Source of the DNA: Anolis carolinensis
Taxonomy: Eukaryota
DNA length: 64,000 nt
Direction of reading: 5' to 3'
Assembly: GCF_035594765.1 (NCBI RefSeq)
Contig: NC_085842.1
Location: 78,530,782 to 78,594,781 of the forward strand
Positions 1 to 11,991 of this stretch are shown here, piece after piece. The translations under genes were made by a program, and so were the position numbers. The notes under the pieces were generated by a model. That model was not told the origin of the DNA, made no database searches, and saw only the letters and a program-made list of their open reading frames with translations. Within the stretch, counting starts at the first letter, position 1. The number at the start of each line of letters is the position of its first letter.

Positions 1-97
1 GAAGCATGCAACAGAAAGCCCCCCCCCCCTCCCCACACAAAACTCAGCTCGACACGAAACCTGCTTTCGTGTGGAGCCAAAATTTTATGTGTGCGTG

Positions 98-635
98 CTT
101 CTTCTCTTCCTCTTCCTCCCTCCCCCCTCGCTGGCACCCACAATGCCCCGCATTCACTCACGGGAGTCACAGCCGGGCAGCCCCACATCCGGACCTCAGC
201 ATCAGGGCGGAAGGAACCACCTCCCCTACCTCCTTTACATGTGTATGTGTGTGGGTGTGTGACTGTGCTGGCACTCAGCTGCAGGCAGACACTGAGAGGG
301 GAGTGTGCACTTTCCAGGCCTGCCTACACCCCACCACACTCACACTTTCTTTTCAGGAAGAGAGTGTGTGTGTGGCGTGGGGCATGCAGGCAGTCTTGGA
401 AAACTTGTGCGCGCCTTGCAGTTCTGCCTGCAGCTAAGTGACTGCACAGTCACACACACTCCACATGCACACACCCCACTGCAAACTACACTCGAGTTGA
501 AAGGAGGGAGGGGTGGTGGTTCCTTCCTGCTTGCTTGCTGAGGTCTGGATGTAGGGCTGCCTGGCCGTGACTCCTGTGAGTTAATGCAGGGCATTGTGGG
601 GTATGAAGGAAGGAATGAGGAGGAAGAGAAGAAAC
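98..635. repeat. Long imperfect inverted repeat (foldback, MITE-like), arms ~260 bp, centre ~352
   Basis: cacaatgccccgcattcactcacgggagtcacagccgggcagccccacatccggacctcagca is mirrored by tgctgaggtctggatgtagggctgcctggccgtgactcctgtgagttaatgcagggcattgtg. Confidence 0.85.
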
Positions 636-744
636 AAAACCCTGAAACAAAACTTTCAAAAACAACCCTCCCAATTTCAAGAGGCTTTCTGAAAACGAAA
701 GCCAGAAACGAAACAGGACAAGCTTTTACCCAAATGCATGCCAC

Positions 745-876
745 TAACAGAGGGAGCTCATCTGCACTCTCCCCGGGTTGGATTCGAACCAGCAACATTC
801 AGGTCAGCAACCCAACCTTCAAGTCATCAGTCCTGCCAGCACAAGCGTTTAACCCACTGTGCCATCAGGGGCTCCG
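745..876 (-). mobile_element. tRNA-derived SINE 5' fragment (Anolis SINE2-like)
   Basis: B-box ggttcgaatcc on minus strand; similar to the copy at 22680-23026. Confidence 0.7.
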
Positions 877-1168
877 TTAGTACTTGTTGAATAGGACTAT
901 CAAACCAAGACATGTGATAAATAGAAATGATGCATAAGCCAGATAGGTGATATTTCCAAGTATAAATCACCATTATTATTATTCCCAAGAACAAACCAGA
1001 ATTCTTATGGAGAAAATTAGTACCACTTTTATCAAAATGAGCATCATAAGGTGGTCAGCATCTGACCTAGATGGGGAACCTAAAAAATAAAATGTCCCCC
1101 CATCTAGAGCAGAAACTATAGCAACTATTCCTGGGTTATATGAAAAGGGACACCGGATGTATCTATAC

Positions 1169-1264
1169 CTTGGTCGCACTTTGGTCCAGTGTAGCCGGCA
1201 AAGCAAGTACAGCTTCCGTCCCCCGATGGTCCATGGCTACAGATCCCATGCTGGCATTCGCACA
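1169..1264 (-). CDS. STAB1: Stabilin-1 exon 6 (EGF-like): (V)CECQHGICSHGPSGDGSCTCFAGYTGPKCDQ
   Basis: Inside ORF 1125..1328; tcccag/gtatag; 96 nt. Confidence 0.95.
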
Positions 1265-1848
1265 CTGGGATAGAGAAAACAGAACAAAATCCATACATTT
1301 GTCCAAATCCCAACAGAACATATGACAACTATTTCTTACCTACATTAATGTTTTGGGCAGAAGTCTCCTCAGATTCTGGAATACAGTTGTTCCTCCATAT
1401 TTGTACTTTTGGTTTTTGAGATTTTATTAGTCACAGATTTGATTAAAATATTCTCTGGGAATATCTAAGTCTTCCATGTGACTCAATGGTCTGTTTCCTC
1501 CAGTCATCCTGGAGGACCTCAATATTTCTAGAGGAATTTCTAGGTCCTCCAGTGCAATTCTATGGGCATCTTACAGTATTTCCAGAGAATTATTCTCTCA
1601 TGTTAAAAACAAAACAAAACCCAGCAACGTCTTTATTCATGATTTTCTTTTTACTTTCAGGACAGGGGTTTCTGTGTTCCTAATCCCAGGAAATGCGGAA
1701 GACTGACTGCACCACCCTCAGGGAGATAGAGCAGGATAAAAATAAAGCTTTATTATTATTAAAATGTAATTTCTTGAATCTCCCAGGACGGTTCTCCCAT
1801 TACAATTTAGATTTGACTTAAGTAACAACCTTTCTCTGAGAAGCTTAC

Positions 1849-1918
1849 CGGATTGACAATCAGGCCCAAAATGATTCTCATCTTTGCATTCTTGGCATGC
1901 ATAGCCACCATAATTCTC
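1849..1918 (-). CDS. STAB1: Stabilin-1 exon 5: ENYGGYACQECKDENHFGPDCQS
   Basis: ctttag/gtaagc; 70 nt. Confidence 0.94.
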
Positions 1919-2740
1919 CTAAAGAAATAAAAAGGATAACCTTTTAACAATAGGATCTCTGTCACCCATACAATGCAATTGATATTTTTCCCATCTACAT
2001 GTCATGAGTAAGTCATCTTGAGATTACAACACATGAAAAATGAATAAGAGATTCTATCCACAAACATCATCAGTCACCTGTTTGTGGCATATAGTTGGTT
2101 TTTCCAAATAACGTGCTCTTAATAATATTTTTTTTTCTTGATTCTGAGACAGACAGTTGAGCAGAGTGGACTGATTTACTTCAAGGCAATAACGAACAGG
2201 ACAGATTGAGATAAATCATTCAGTTAAGCTAGGCCTTCCATTTTTGTGCCAGAGATTACTTGTACCAAAGCAATATGGCTCATACAACTATTATGGCTGT
2301 TCAATATGCCTATTAAAATACATTGACATGTGCAACAATGTAGAGCCTTCCTGGTCTACACAAGCCCTCAGCTATAATTCTGTGTTTTTTCAAAGGCAAA
2401 TTGCATTTCTGATTTCAAAGCTGACATTTCCATTCTTCTCAGAGGGTGGTTCCAGATAAGCATATCATGTCATATCAGCTGTTGGTCTTTATGGAGTCTC
2501 CAGACAGCATTGTCCTTTGCAACGTTTCTTGATTTTCTATCACTTCTTCCATCTTTTTATTGGGAAAAATAACTAGAGATTGTCCCTTCTAATATTGTTC
2601 TTGATCCTCCCAGATGGGATATCACAAGAAGTTGTCCCTAGGTCTCAGATTCTGGTGTTGCCCTCTCAGGGCTATGCATAGACCCGTCCTGGCAAAGCTA
2701 ACAAGAGAGCTTGGGTACACTATCCTAAATGGGACTGGAT

Positions 2741-2903
2741 TTCATCATCGGTGATCTCTCTTGTCCGAGTATGATTGTCTTCTAAGTATAGTGTCTTGGT
2801 GGTGGGTCCACAGCTGATTGTAGAGACCTATTCTTGATCCGCATGTTTTTCCACAGTGATGACATCACTTTCCAGGTGGAAGGTGGTCTCAGTCAGGGTT
2901 GGC
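2741..2903 (-). mobile_element. Degenerate RTE LINE 3' end
   Basis: Reverse complement resembles the 3' end of the RTE copy at 58975-59407. Confidence 0.6.
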
Positions 2904-4586
2904 TGGATTTCAATGCCCATGGTGACTTAACAACCCTGAATCCGTACTTTCAAGTCACCATAATAAAACATAGCACATAATCTGTTCTGCTATATTTACA
3001 ACACTTGACCTTCTTCTCTTTCGAGGAAAAACTGTCTTTAACTCACCGAGTGATTTTTAGACAGGTTCGAAAGAGGAACATGGGCTTTGTCTTCACAGTT
3101 TCTAAATGTAGCTGAACATGTTAAATTATGACTATTGGGGAAAATATGTGTTAAATTAGATTTCACTTTAAACCAAGATGTTTCAAAAATAACATAGAGA
3201 TCTAAACAACTTTTTTTTAAAAAGTCAGCTCTATCTATTATTTTTATCCTTCCTGAGGGAATTCTTTTATGAACAAATGAGAGTCTCCAAGACTCCAGTT
3301 TTGGCCATGTTCTTGGCTATCCCTTGAGTGGGATGTTTCTTTTTTAAAAACCCTCTTGCCTTTTATTCTCTCTGATGTTTCTGTGGTGTTGAAAATTGCC
3401 ATGAGCAACTGTGGAACAGCAGCCTGAAAATGTTTTAAACAAACAAATATATACAAATATACAACGAGAAGAGTTGAAAAGGCAGATGGGAAGTATTTCT
3501 CCTGAAGCAAGCAGAAATAGACAACTTGTGCTCTTCTAGAAGGAAGTACATTTTGTTTCCACATAAGTAAAGGATGATTCATTCTCTCCATTTCACGTTT
3601 GTTTTCCAACTGAACATTTCCAATCTGAGCCAATTTCTTGCCCATGTTCAACTGGAAATCATGGCTTACCATGTTGATCAGTCAACAAGTTTATGCATGG
3701 TATCAATGAGGGGAAAATGAGTCTGCTACAAAAGGAAGTCCTAAGTTTGAGTATCTTGAGCTATTCTGCTTTGGGCTATGGTGACATGTGTGTCTGTCAT
3801 GTGAACATTAAGTAGCCATATTTCTCAAGTGGTGTTGGAATGCTGTGCCATTCAGATGGAGGCAAGCTGTTTCCTTTGGCTAGTAACTGATTTAATTATT
3901 AATACGCATCTGAGATGACATTCTCTAACTGAATAACTACAACTGATATGCTATAAGGTAGAAATAAGGAATACAAGGCCTTCTGGGTGTGGTTGGAGTA
4001 CAGTTCCCATTACTGCTCACCAAAGTTTACAGTTAAACCTATTCTGTAACGATCTACATGGTAGAATTACTGTAGCCTGAGACCTCTTTAACTGCCATGG
4101 CTCAGTTGTGATTTCTTGAGACACCAGCACTCTTCGGCAGAGAAAGCTAAAGATGTCTCATGATTCCACAGCATTGAACCATGGCAGTTAAAAGTCATGC
4201 CAAATTGAATTAATTCTGCAGTGTAGACACAACCCATGTTCCACATCCTGCAATAAAGCAGCCACAGAGGTTGTGGAATGGAGTAATCACAGTTCTTATA
4301 GAAAATTGAATAAGAGACATACCTCAAGGATAATTTCGTTCATGTGAAAGAATGAATGCTTCGGCTCTTACAAAAGACAACATATGCATCTCCTGTTTCA
4401 GCATTAGACACAACAGACTTCAAATGCAAAGTTTTCTGTCATATGAATAGCTTGCCACTGCCAACATACAGTTTTGAATGACAAATGCTGTTGGACTAAA
4501 ACACAGAGAAACTACACTGGCCATAGCCAATTGTTGGGTGAATTGGGAATCTGAAGCCCAAGAACATATGGAAATCCACATTTCTA

Positions 4587-6254
4587 TTTTTTTTTAAATA
4601 ATTTTTATTGATAGCTTTTGTTACAGGATGGTAATCTATGAAAATCAGTTCTGTTATAAGAGAAGAATAGGGGGTAAAACTTAGGGTAACTTGAGGGGTG
4701 TGTGTGGAAGGGGAGCATGCAGGGAAGATGGGGAGTGCAGGTACTTGTGGGAGAAATAGTGAAATATTGGTTTTGTGGTAACGTGTTGTCTCTTGATGAT
4801 CCCTGTAGTTAATTGTTTGTTGTGGGAGATCTTTGGTTGTCTCAGGTGAGGGGAGTCCTCTTTTCTTTTGGTATTATTTTGCTGAGTTATTATCTTTTTT
4901 TTCTTTTTCTTTTTTCTTTTTGGATTTCCTGTAACTTATGTCACCTTCCCCTCGTGGGTCATTCTTAATCTTGTGTATTCCTCAAAATTTGACCAGTCGG
5001 TTTCTTTCATTGGCGTGCCTTGATGCTTTCTCATCAAGAACGTCAGTTTGTCCATATTCTTTATATCCCATATCTTTGATACATTGGGCAATGGATGGTA
5101 TCTGGTTTGATCTCCATACCCTTGCGAAAACTATTCTGGCTCCTATGATTAAGTAGTTTAATATCTTTTCCTCGTTCATGTCAAGTTTCGTGTTTGTCAG
5201 TCCTAGCAGATATAATTCTGGCCTCATCTGAAGATTCTTTTTCATTATTTTTCCACATTCTTTGTGTATTTCGTTCCAATATTTCTTTGATTTAGTACAT
5301 GTCCACCACATGTGGAAAAAATTCCCCTCTTTTTCCTAGCATTTCCAGCATTTTGTCCGCGTGTTTTTCCTGTAGTGTCCTAATTTCTTTGGGGTGATGT
5401 ACCATCTGTATTGCATTTTGTATTGATTTTCTTTTAGATCCACAGCATAAGTAAATTTTATATTTTTATTCCAAATCTTTTCCCAGTCTTCGTACATGAT
5501 TGGCCTACCAATGTCTCTGGCCCATTGCGTCATGCAAGTCTTGACATGTTCTGTTTCGGTGTCCCACTCCAATAGTTTTTTGTAGATTTTTGTGATCGTC
5601 TTGTTTTCGGACTCCAATATTTTTCCCAATCTGAGTCCTTCCTCATGAAGCCTGTTTGGTTATCTATGTTGAATTGTTCCTTTATTTGTCTGAAGTGGAG
5701 CCATGTTACTTGCTTGAATGATTTCAAGATTTCTTCCTGAGATTTTAAGACATAATTATTTCCTTGTGTTGTTAGTAGATCTCTATAAGTTGGCCAATTC
5801 GATTTTCTTTGGTAACTCTTCTGGATTAATTCACGTGGCGATAACCACATTGGTATTTTTGGAAACATCCTTTTTTTGTATTTCTCCCAGATCTTATTTA
5901 AGGAATCTCTTATTATATGATTTCTAAAAATTTTCTTTTCATTTTTGTCCGGGGACCCCCATAAATGTACATGCCAGCCAGATTTTAAATTGAAGCCTTC
6001 TACATTCAACATTTTCTTGTTTTTTTGGAGAAGCCAGTCCTTGATCCATGATATCGCCGTTGATTCATAATATAGGCGCAGGTCTGGAAGGTTCATTCCG
6101 CCACTGGTCCTGTCATCTGAGAGATTTTTGAGTTTTATTCTCGGCTTTCTTCCTTGCCATATGAATCTGGAAATGTCTTTCTGCCAATCTGAGAAGGGTT
6201 TTAGGGTCCTGATAATTGGTATATTTTGAAATAGGTACAACATTGGTAGTATGT
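4587..6254 (-). mobile_element. 5'-truncated L1-clade LINE (ORF2 C-terminus, 3' UTR, poly-A) with 15-bp TSD
   Basis: ORFs 5530..6264, 5336..5629 and 4982..5311 (LYLFQNIP, FIWQGRKPRI, CWKC...HMWWTC); poly-T at 4587; TSD aaatccacatttcta at 4572-4586 and 6255-6269. Confidence 0.92.
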
Positions 6255-6285
6255 AAATCCACATTTCTAAACCATGGGCTTAGAG

Positions 6286-6420
6286 CAGTGGTTCTCAACC
6301 TGTGGTTCCCCAGATGTTTTAGCCTTCAATTCCCAGAAATTGTAACAACTGGTAAACTGGCTGGGATTTCTGGGCGTTGTAGGCCAAAACACCTGGGGAG
6401 CCACAGGTTGAGAACCACTG
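6286..6420. mobile_element. Palindromic hAT MITE (135 bp)
   Basis: TIR CAGTGGTTCTCAACCTGTGG; 8-bp TSD gcttagag/gcctagag. Confidence 0.9.
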
Positions 6421-6885
6421 GCCTAGAGCACATGAAATACATGCCATTATTTCTCCAAGACTCTTGAATTATGTTATAATATATGCATAAAATTGTGAAC
6501 AGTGTGATCTGATGTATTGAAGAAATATGGACCATGTTGTTGCTGCATTAAAGTATTTTTTTAAAGTTGGGGGAAGAACGCAAAATGGGAGCAGGGTCTA
6601 CATTTTGAATATGCATTGTTCTTGCATTCTCTTCTTAGAAAAGAAAAGAAGAAGCACCTTACATTTTGTAAAAGCCTCTCTATCCTCTCATAAATCCACA
6701 TTTATAAGCCCTTATTGGCTCATCTATCAGAGCTAGTCAGCTTGTGTGCTTTGCCATTTCCTTTTCCAAAGGCAACTTTTTAAAGCTGAATAATAGGAAG
6801 GAAATGCAGCCAAGATTTGAGGAAGTCATATGTCTAGTAAAAGGCATAAAATCTCCTTTGTATGATTCCAAGTAGCTATAGTCTT

Positions 6886-7100
6886 GGGGTTAATCTACAC
6901 TGTAGAATGAATGCATTTTGACACCATTTTAACTGCCAGGCCTCAATGCTATGAAATCACAGGAGTTGTGAGGCACCAACTTTCTTTGGCAGAGAAGACT
7001 AAAGAGCTTGTAAAATAACAACTCCCCATGATTCAGTGGCATGAAGCCATGGCAGTTCAAGTGGAGTCAACTTGCATTAATTCTGCAGTGTAGATGCACC
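6886..7100. mobile_element. Palindromic non-autonomous DNA transposon (Harbinger-like); related copies at ~4030-4230, ~9868-10085 and ~61885-62098
   Basis: Recurrent inverted pair tttgacaccactttaactgcc...ggcagttaaagtggtgtcaaactgcattaattct. Confidence 0.65.
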
Positions 7101-7271
7101 CTCAATTTTATTGGAGACATGTATTTTTTCTGTAAGACCAGCCCTTTAAAATCAAGAAGACATGGCAAATTTAAGAAGAACCTTTGTTCCACAATATTTT
7201 GCAGCTTTATTTCTTTGGCAAGATGTCAATTCCCTACCCCTGCATCAGGTACAACCCTTTGGACCTGTCCC

Positions 7272-7399
7272 AGGGTCCTTCAACACAGCCATATAACCCA
7301 CAATATCTGCTTTGAACTGGAATATCTGAGTCTACACTGCCATATACCCCAATTCAAACCAGATAATGTTGGATTTTATTCAGCTGTGTGGAAGGGGCC
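7272..7399. mobile_element. Harbinger-like MITE (TIR GGCCCCTTCYACAC); related copies at 17034-17108, ~19530-19640, ~20458-20560 and 62513-62970
   Basis: Terminal inverted repeats and a shared core atctgctttgaactgg. Confidence 0.65.
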
Positions 7400-7520
7400 T
7401 CCGCCTTGTTCTTTTCAAGTCAACAGTGCAGGGTCTTATCCAGAAGGCCTTACTGGGTTTACAGAAATAGCGCACAGCAAAAAGCCATTATGGTGGTGGA
7501 TTTTAAGTAACCCCATTTAC

Positions 7521-7606
7521 CTTACAGATGCAGGTTCCATTCTGTGCCATGTCATCGAGACAGACCCCATGGCCACTGCATACATTTTGAGCGCCACCAG
7601 GGCATT
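7521..7606 (-). CDS. STAB1: Stabilin-1 exon 4 (EGF-like): (E)CPGGAQNVCSGHGVCLDDMAQNGTCICK
   Basis: tggcag/gtaaat; 86 nt. Confidence 0.94.
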
Positions 7607-8174
7607 CTGCCAACCAAGAAATAAAGAACAGGTGTTTAAATTAATACAACCAATATCATTATTGTCATCTTCTCCCTTTTAAAATTTGCTATATGTCTTC
7701 TCTTAAATCAGTGGTATTGCATATTTTAATTTACACAGAGGTTGTGGTCTAGGTTCTTCTCTATGCACAGAGGTAGCGAGCCTCCATCGCTCAGATCATG
7801 GAAAAGTTTCTTTGTTAAATTACAACTCTTAGAATATCTCAGAAAATTTGGGGGGGGGGGGGGGCTTCTGGAATTTGTCATGCAACAAGTAACTTCCCTG
7901 TAAGACACAAGAAGATCCAAAAGGCTGATTTTCCAGAATGACTTAATGCCAAAATTAGTTCTTGACAGGAAAGGAAAAGTAGAAAGCAAAGGAAGGAGGG
8001 CTTTACTATGACCTGTGGAGTCTCTAAAGTAGACTGGGTTTAAGAGAACTCATAACATTATACTCACCCCAACACATTGTGGGGGTGAGGGTGTTTGGGA
8101 TAATTTATATGTGTTTTAATGGTCTTGTGTTTTATCTGTGCGTTTAACTGTATGGCCTAGAGATGGAGATAAGA

Positions 8175-8223
<49 letters not shown>

Positions 8224-8601
8224 GATGCAGTGCCTAAAGACCTTGGCCTGCACTTAAACACAATTGGCACTGACAAAATTGCCATCTGTCAGTTGCAAAA
8301 GGCCACCCTACTTGGATCTGCATGCATTATTTGCCGATACATCACACAGTCCTAGACACTTGGGAAGTGTTGGATGTGTGATCCAATACAAAAGCCAGGA
8401 TAGTGATCTTGTTTGCTGTGTATTAATCTTTGTTGTGTATCAAATAATAATAATAATAATAATAATAACAACAATAACAATAATAAATCCGAAAATACAT
8501 CACACAGTCCTAAACATTTGGGAAGTGTTCGACTTGTGATTTTGTGATACGAAATCCAGCATATCTATCTTGTTTGCTGTGATATACAATGTTGTTGTGT
8601 C

Positions 8602-8632
<31 letters not shown>

Positions 8633-8635
8633 GGC

Positions 8636-8684
<49 letters not shown>

Positions 8685-8820
8685 GGCCACCCTACTGGGA
8701 TCTGCGCACATCATCTGAAAATATAATCACACAGTCCTAGACACCTGGGACTTGTGATTTTGTGATACGAAATCCAGCATATCTATCTTGTTTGCTGTGT
8801 CATAAAATAAAATAATAATA
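8175..8820 (+). mobile_element. Three stacked 3' fragments of an R4/Dong-clade LINE within (TAA)n microsatellite
   Basis: Translation ...ICQLQKATLLGSA.II.RYIT; repeated 3' UTR cacacagtcctagacacttgggaagtgtt; each copy ends in (TAA)n. Confidence 0.75.
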
Positions 8821-10848
8821 TCATCATCAAAATGATTTCTAGGTGATAAGAAAGCATTACCACCGCATCTGGAGCCCCTAAAGGTCAAAATGAAATTTTG
8901 CAAACATCTTTAATAAAAGATTTTTTTAACCTCAAAATATCTTCTAGGAATCGAGGAAGGTTCAAAACATGCCCCTGTGTTCCTTAGAAAGTGTTTGGTG
9001 GCCGTTTCTCTTTTGTTTGTGGTTGCAGGTTCAGCGGGGACGAGGCCCTCTGAAGTCTCTGAGAGGACTAATTTGACTTCCTTGTCTTCCACAGTTTCCC
9101 ATCCCGGTCTAAGGTCATCATAATTTGAAGACCTAAGTTGTAGCTTAGGCTGTGTGCAAACTGAGCCACGGAGAGAGCATGAAATGCTCTGTGCTACTGT
9201 ATTGACTCATGCATGCGTTCTATAAGTCAAGCCTAAGGACAGATATTGAATTTTGCTATGACCCATGGAAAAATTGAGGGACATTCTCCAGCGAAGGGAA
9301 ATCACCAATGCTGACTCAGGAGGCAAGCAAGTCCTTACCTCCATTTCCCCACCCAAGCATTCAAAAGGGCCATGGTGGAGAGAGGAGCTGGTGCTTCTTT
9401 TAGGTTCTCCAGAGACAAACTAAGCTGTTGCCTTTTCCCATTCTACTCAGAGAATGGGATGGGTTCCTTTTTACTAAAGAGTTATGGTACAAAAGTCACG
9501 TTGACCCATGAATAAGTCAACCCAGCTTTTTGGGGCTGTTTGACTAAAATGTCTACGGTAGGTACTTTTCTGAACAGGGAAAGCCAGACATTATGACTGC
9601 CACAGTGTTGTGCTACCGGCCCATCTTTTATATCTCTTCTTATAGCTAGGAAAGGATTACGTTTCTGGTCTTAGAAGCTAAGAGGTGCAGCCCTTGTTAA
9701 TATTTGGATGATGACCACCAAGTGACCGACAATAAATATGAGGAATTTCAGGCTACATTTCTTGGAAAGAAACTGCCAAAATGTCTCTAATATCCTTTAC
9801 CTGAGAAAATCCTGTGAAATTCATTGTGTTGCTAGAAGTCAACAGATGATTTGGAAGCATATAAGGTATATTCACATGGTAGAGTTTAATGTAGCTTGAA
9901 ACCATTTCAGCTGCTATGGGTCAATGCTAGGGAATAATGGGGTCTGTTATTTTACAAGGTCTTTAGCCTTCTCTACCAAATAGTGCCAGTGCCTTGCCAA
10001 ATTCTAACTCCAAGGATTTCATATAATTGAGCCATGGTGATTAATGTGGTGTCAAACTGCATTAATTCTGCACTGTAGATGTACCTATCAACACCTGTGT
10101 TGTAAGAACTTGTGCAAACACAGTCCCAGAGTGCTTCCACACAGGGCTAACATCCATGCCAAAATGGGTTTAAATAATCCACTGCGGCATGGGTTTCAGT
10201 CCCCACTCCACAACAAAAGCCTAGGTCACACTGAAGCCCCCAATTTCCCTCTAAAAGTAACTTAAAAGGTACTTGGCTGCAATAACTGCCCTCTTCATGT
10301 TCTTCTGGCACAAGGAAATGACACCTGAGGAAACGGAAAGGGCGAGGATGAAAATCCCCGGTTCGCCCCCTATCCCCTCGTGCATCATTTCCTCATGCGA
10401 GGTGGGAAATTATGGCAGGTACCAGGTACCTTTTAATAAACGTTTAGGGGTTAAATTGGGAGTTTAAGTGCAGGGCACCATCCCACACCTTTCGGCTCTA
10501 GCAGCTCAAAAAGTGTAGGATGGAAGTGGAGACTCACTCCTGGGTAATCCTGGGAGTACGTGGGGCTGAGTCTCCACAGGGCCAATACCTCATTAGACCT
10601 GGGCCGTTCAGGAAGACCCAAACCTAATGAGGTATCTTGTTAATTTGGATCCAACCAAGGAAACCTTGATTTTTTCTGAATTAATTTGTTTTTACCGGAG
10701 GTGTCATTTTGACGCCTACGGTAAAAACTGAGACAGGTCCCGGCTTTTGGGCCTGTCTGAATGGGCCCCCAAGTGACTCATACCAGATCTGATCCCCACA
10801 TCACAGTTTAAATCCCTAATAGTATGCTGCAATGGATTAAAATGTTAC

Positions 10849-10964
10849 CATAGCATTCAAAACCCCAGTATCCAGCACAGCAATGTTTCTCTTCAATTTC
10901 TTTCGTACATGTTTGGGTGCAACCTTCTAGTGAAAGGGTGTTCTCAGCCAACTTTACTGTATAT
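10849..10964 (-). CDS. STAB1: Stabilin-1 exon 3: YTVKLAENTLSLEGCTQTCTKEIEEKHCCAGYWGFECY
   Basis: Inside ORF 10808..11002; tttcag/gtaaca; 116 nt; CCxGYWG motif. Confidence 0.94.
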
Positions 10965-11057
10965 CTGAAATATTCAAAAACATACATTAGGTCAATGAGC
11001 ATAAAAAGAATAATCTACTCCAATTAGGTCTTGGAAAAATCAAAACAGAAGGCATAC

Positions 11058-11188
11058 CTGCACTTCTCTTTATATGGAGCTGATCTTAGCCACCCACGGG
11101 GGCACCGTACTTTGTCCACTAAAGCGCAGGAAGTACAAGGTACTTGTTGCGTAAACTTAACTTTCCGGTCACATCGCATAGACTTTAT
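11058..11188 (-). CDS. STAB1: Stabilin-1 exon 2: IKSMRCDRKVKFTQQVPCTSCALVDKVRCPRGWLRSAPYKEKC(R)
   Basis: ttgtag/gtatgc; 131 nt; CD..VPCTSCA..CPxGWLR pattern. Confidence 0.93.
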
Positions 11189-11991
11189 CTACAAAATAGG
11201 AACAAAATGCATGTTTGTGGAATTCATTCTGTGATAAAAAAAACCCAGCTAGATTCACCTGGTTTTGATTCTCTCCACTCCAGAAAGATAAACTAAATGA
11301 GGGACTTATGACATTAGTGACATCTAGAGTAATGAACCATTTATGATTTTGTGTAGACACATTTTCTGCAAAAGCTTCTGCTTCAATTATATATATATAT
11401 GTATTAAATGTGGTCAGGCAGACAGATGCAGGCACCCTGTTCTAGCCAATAACATCAGGCATTGTCAATGGCTAACTGAAGAGAGCTGAATATTCATTTG
11501 CTGGTTCCTATTATTCAAATAATTTATACTATAGCTGGGGAGACTGGTGACACATATGGTTACAAGTCTCATTGTTACCATGGCCTTCAATTCCAATTTA
11601 TAATGAACCTATCCTACGGTCTTCTTGACAACATTTCTTCACAAGAGGCTTGCCATTGCCTTCCTCTGAGTGTGGAAAGAGCATGCCTTGCACAAGGTCC
11701 CCCAATGAGTACCCGTGGTTGAATTGACATTTAAACCCTGATAAGATTGGGATACAAGACATTGAAAAGGCTGCAAATTAGAAACATTAAAATGGAATTA
11801 AACTAAGAATCATATTGAAAATTCCCTAATAAGTTTTCAAAACAAGTTTTTTTTCCCAGTTCTACAAGCCTGCTTGTATAAAAGGCTTTGGCTTGCTGAT
11901 GCAAGTGCAACAAGGACAGGGGCATCCTCACCTCCCAAAGCATAGGGGCAGCCAATGAGAAAGCCCTCTTGTGAAAATAGTGGCACCGAAA

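Noticed and set aside
6-880. Several overlapping 60-150 aa ORFs at the window start
   Set aside because: By-products of a GC-rich inverted repeat and a SINE in STAB1 intron 6; no recognisable protein or splice logic.
7041-7682. 213-aa plus-strand ORF
   Set aside because: Chance concatenation of two MITEs and the antisense of STAB1 exon 4.
8175-8820. Repeat-spacer pattern superficially like a CRISPR array
   Set aside because: Eukaryotic LINE 3' ends separated by microsatellite; no unique spacers and no cas genes.
9005-9110. Strong plus-strand acceptor (ttctcttttgtttgtggttgcag) suggesting an antisense exon
   Set aside because: No convincing donor or partner exon; cannot be supported without transcripts.
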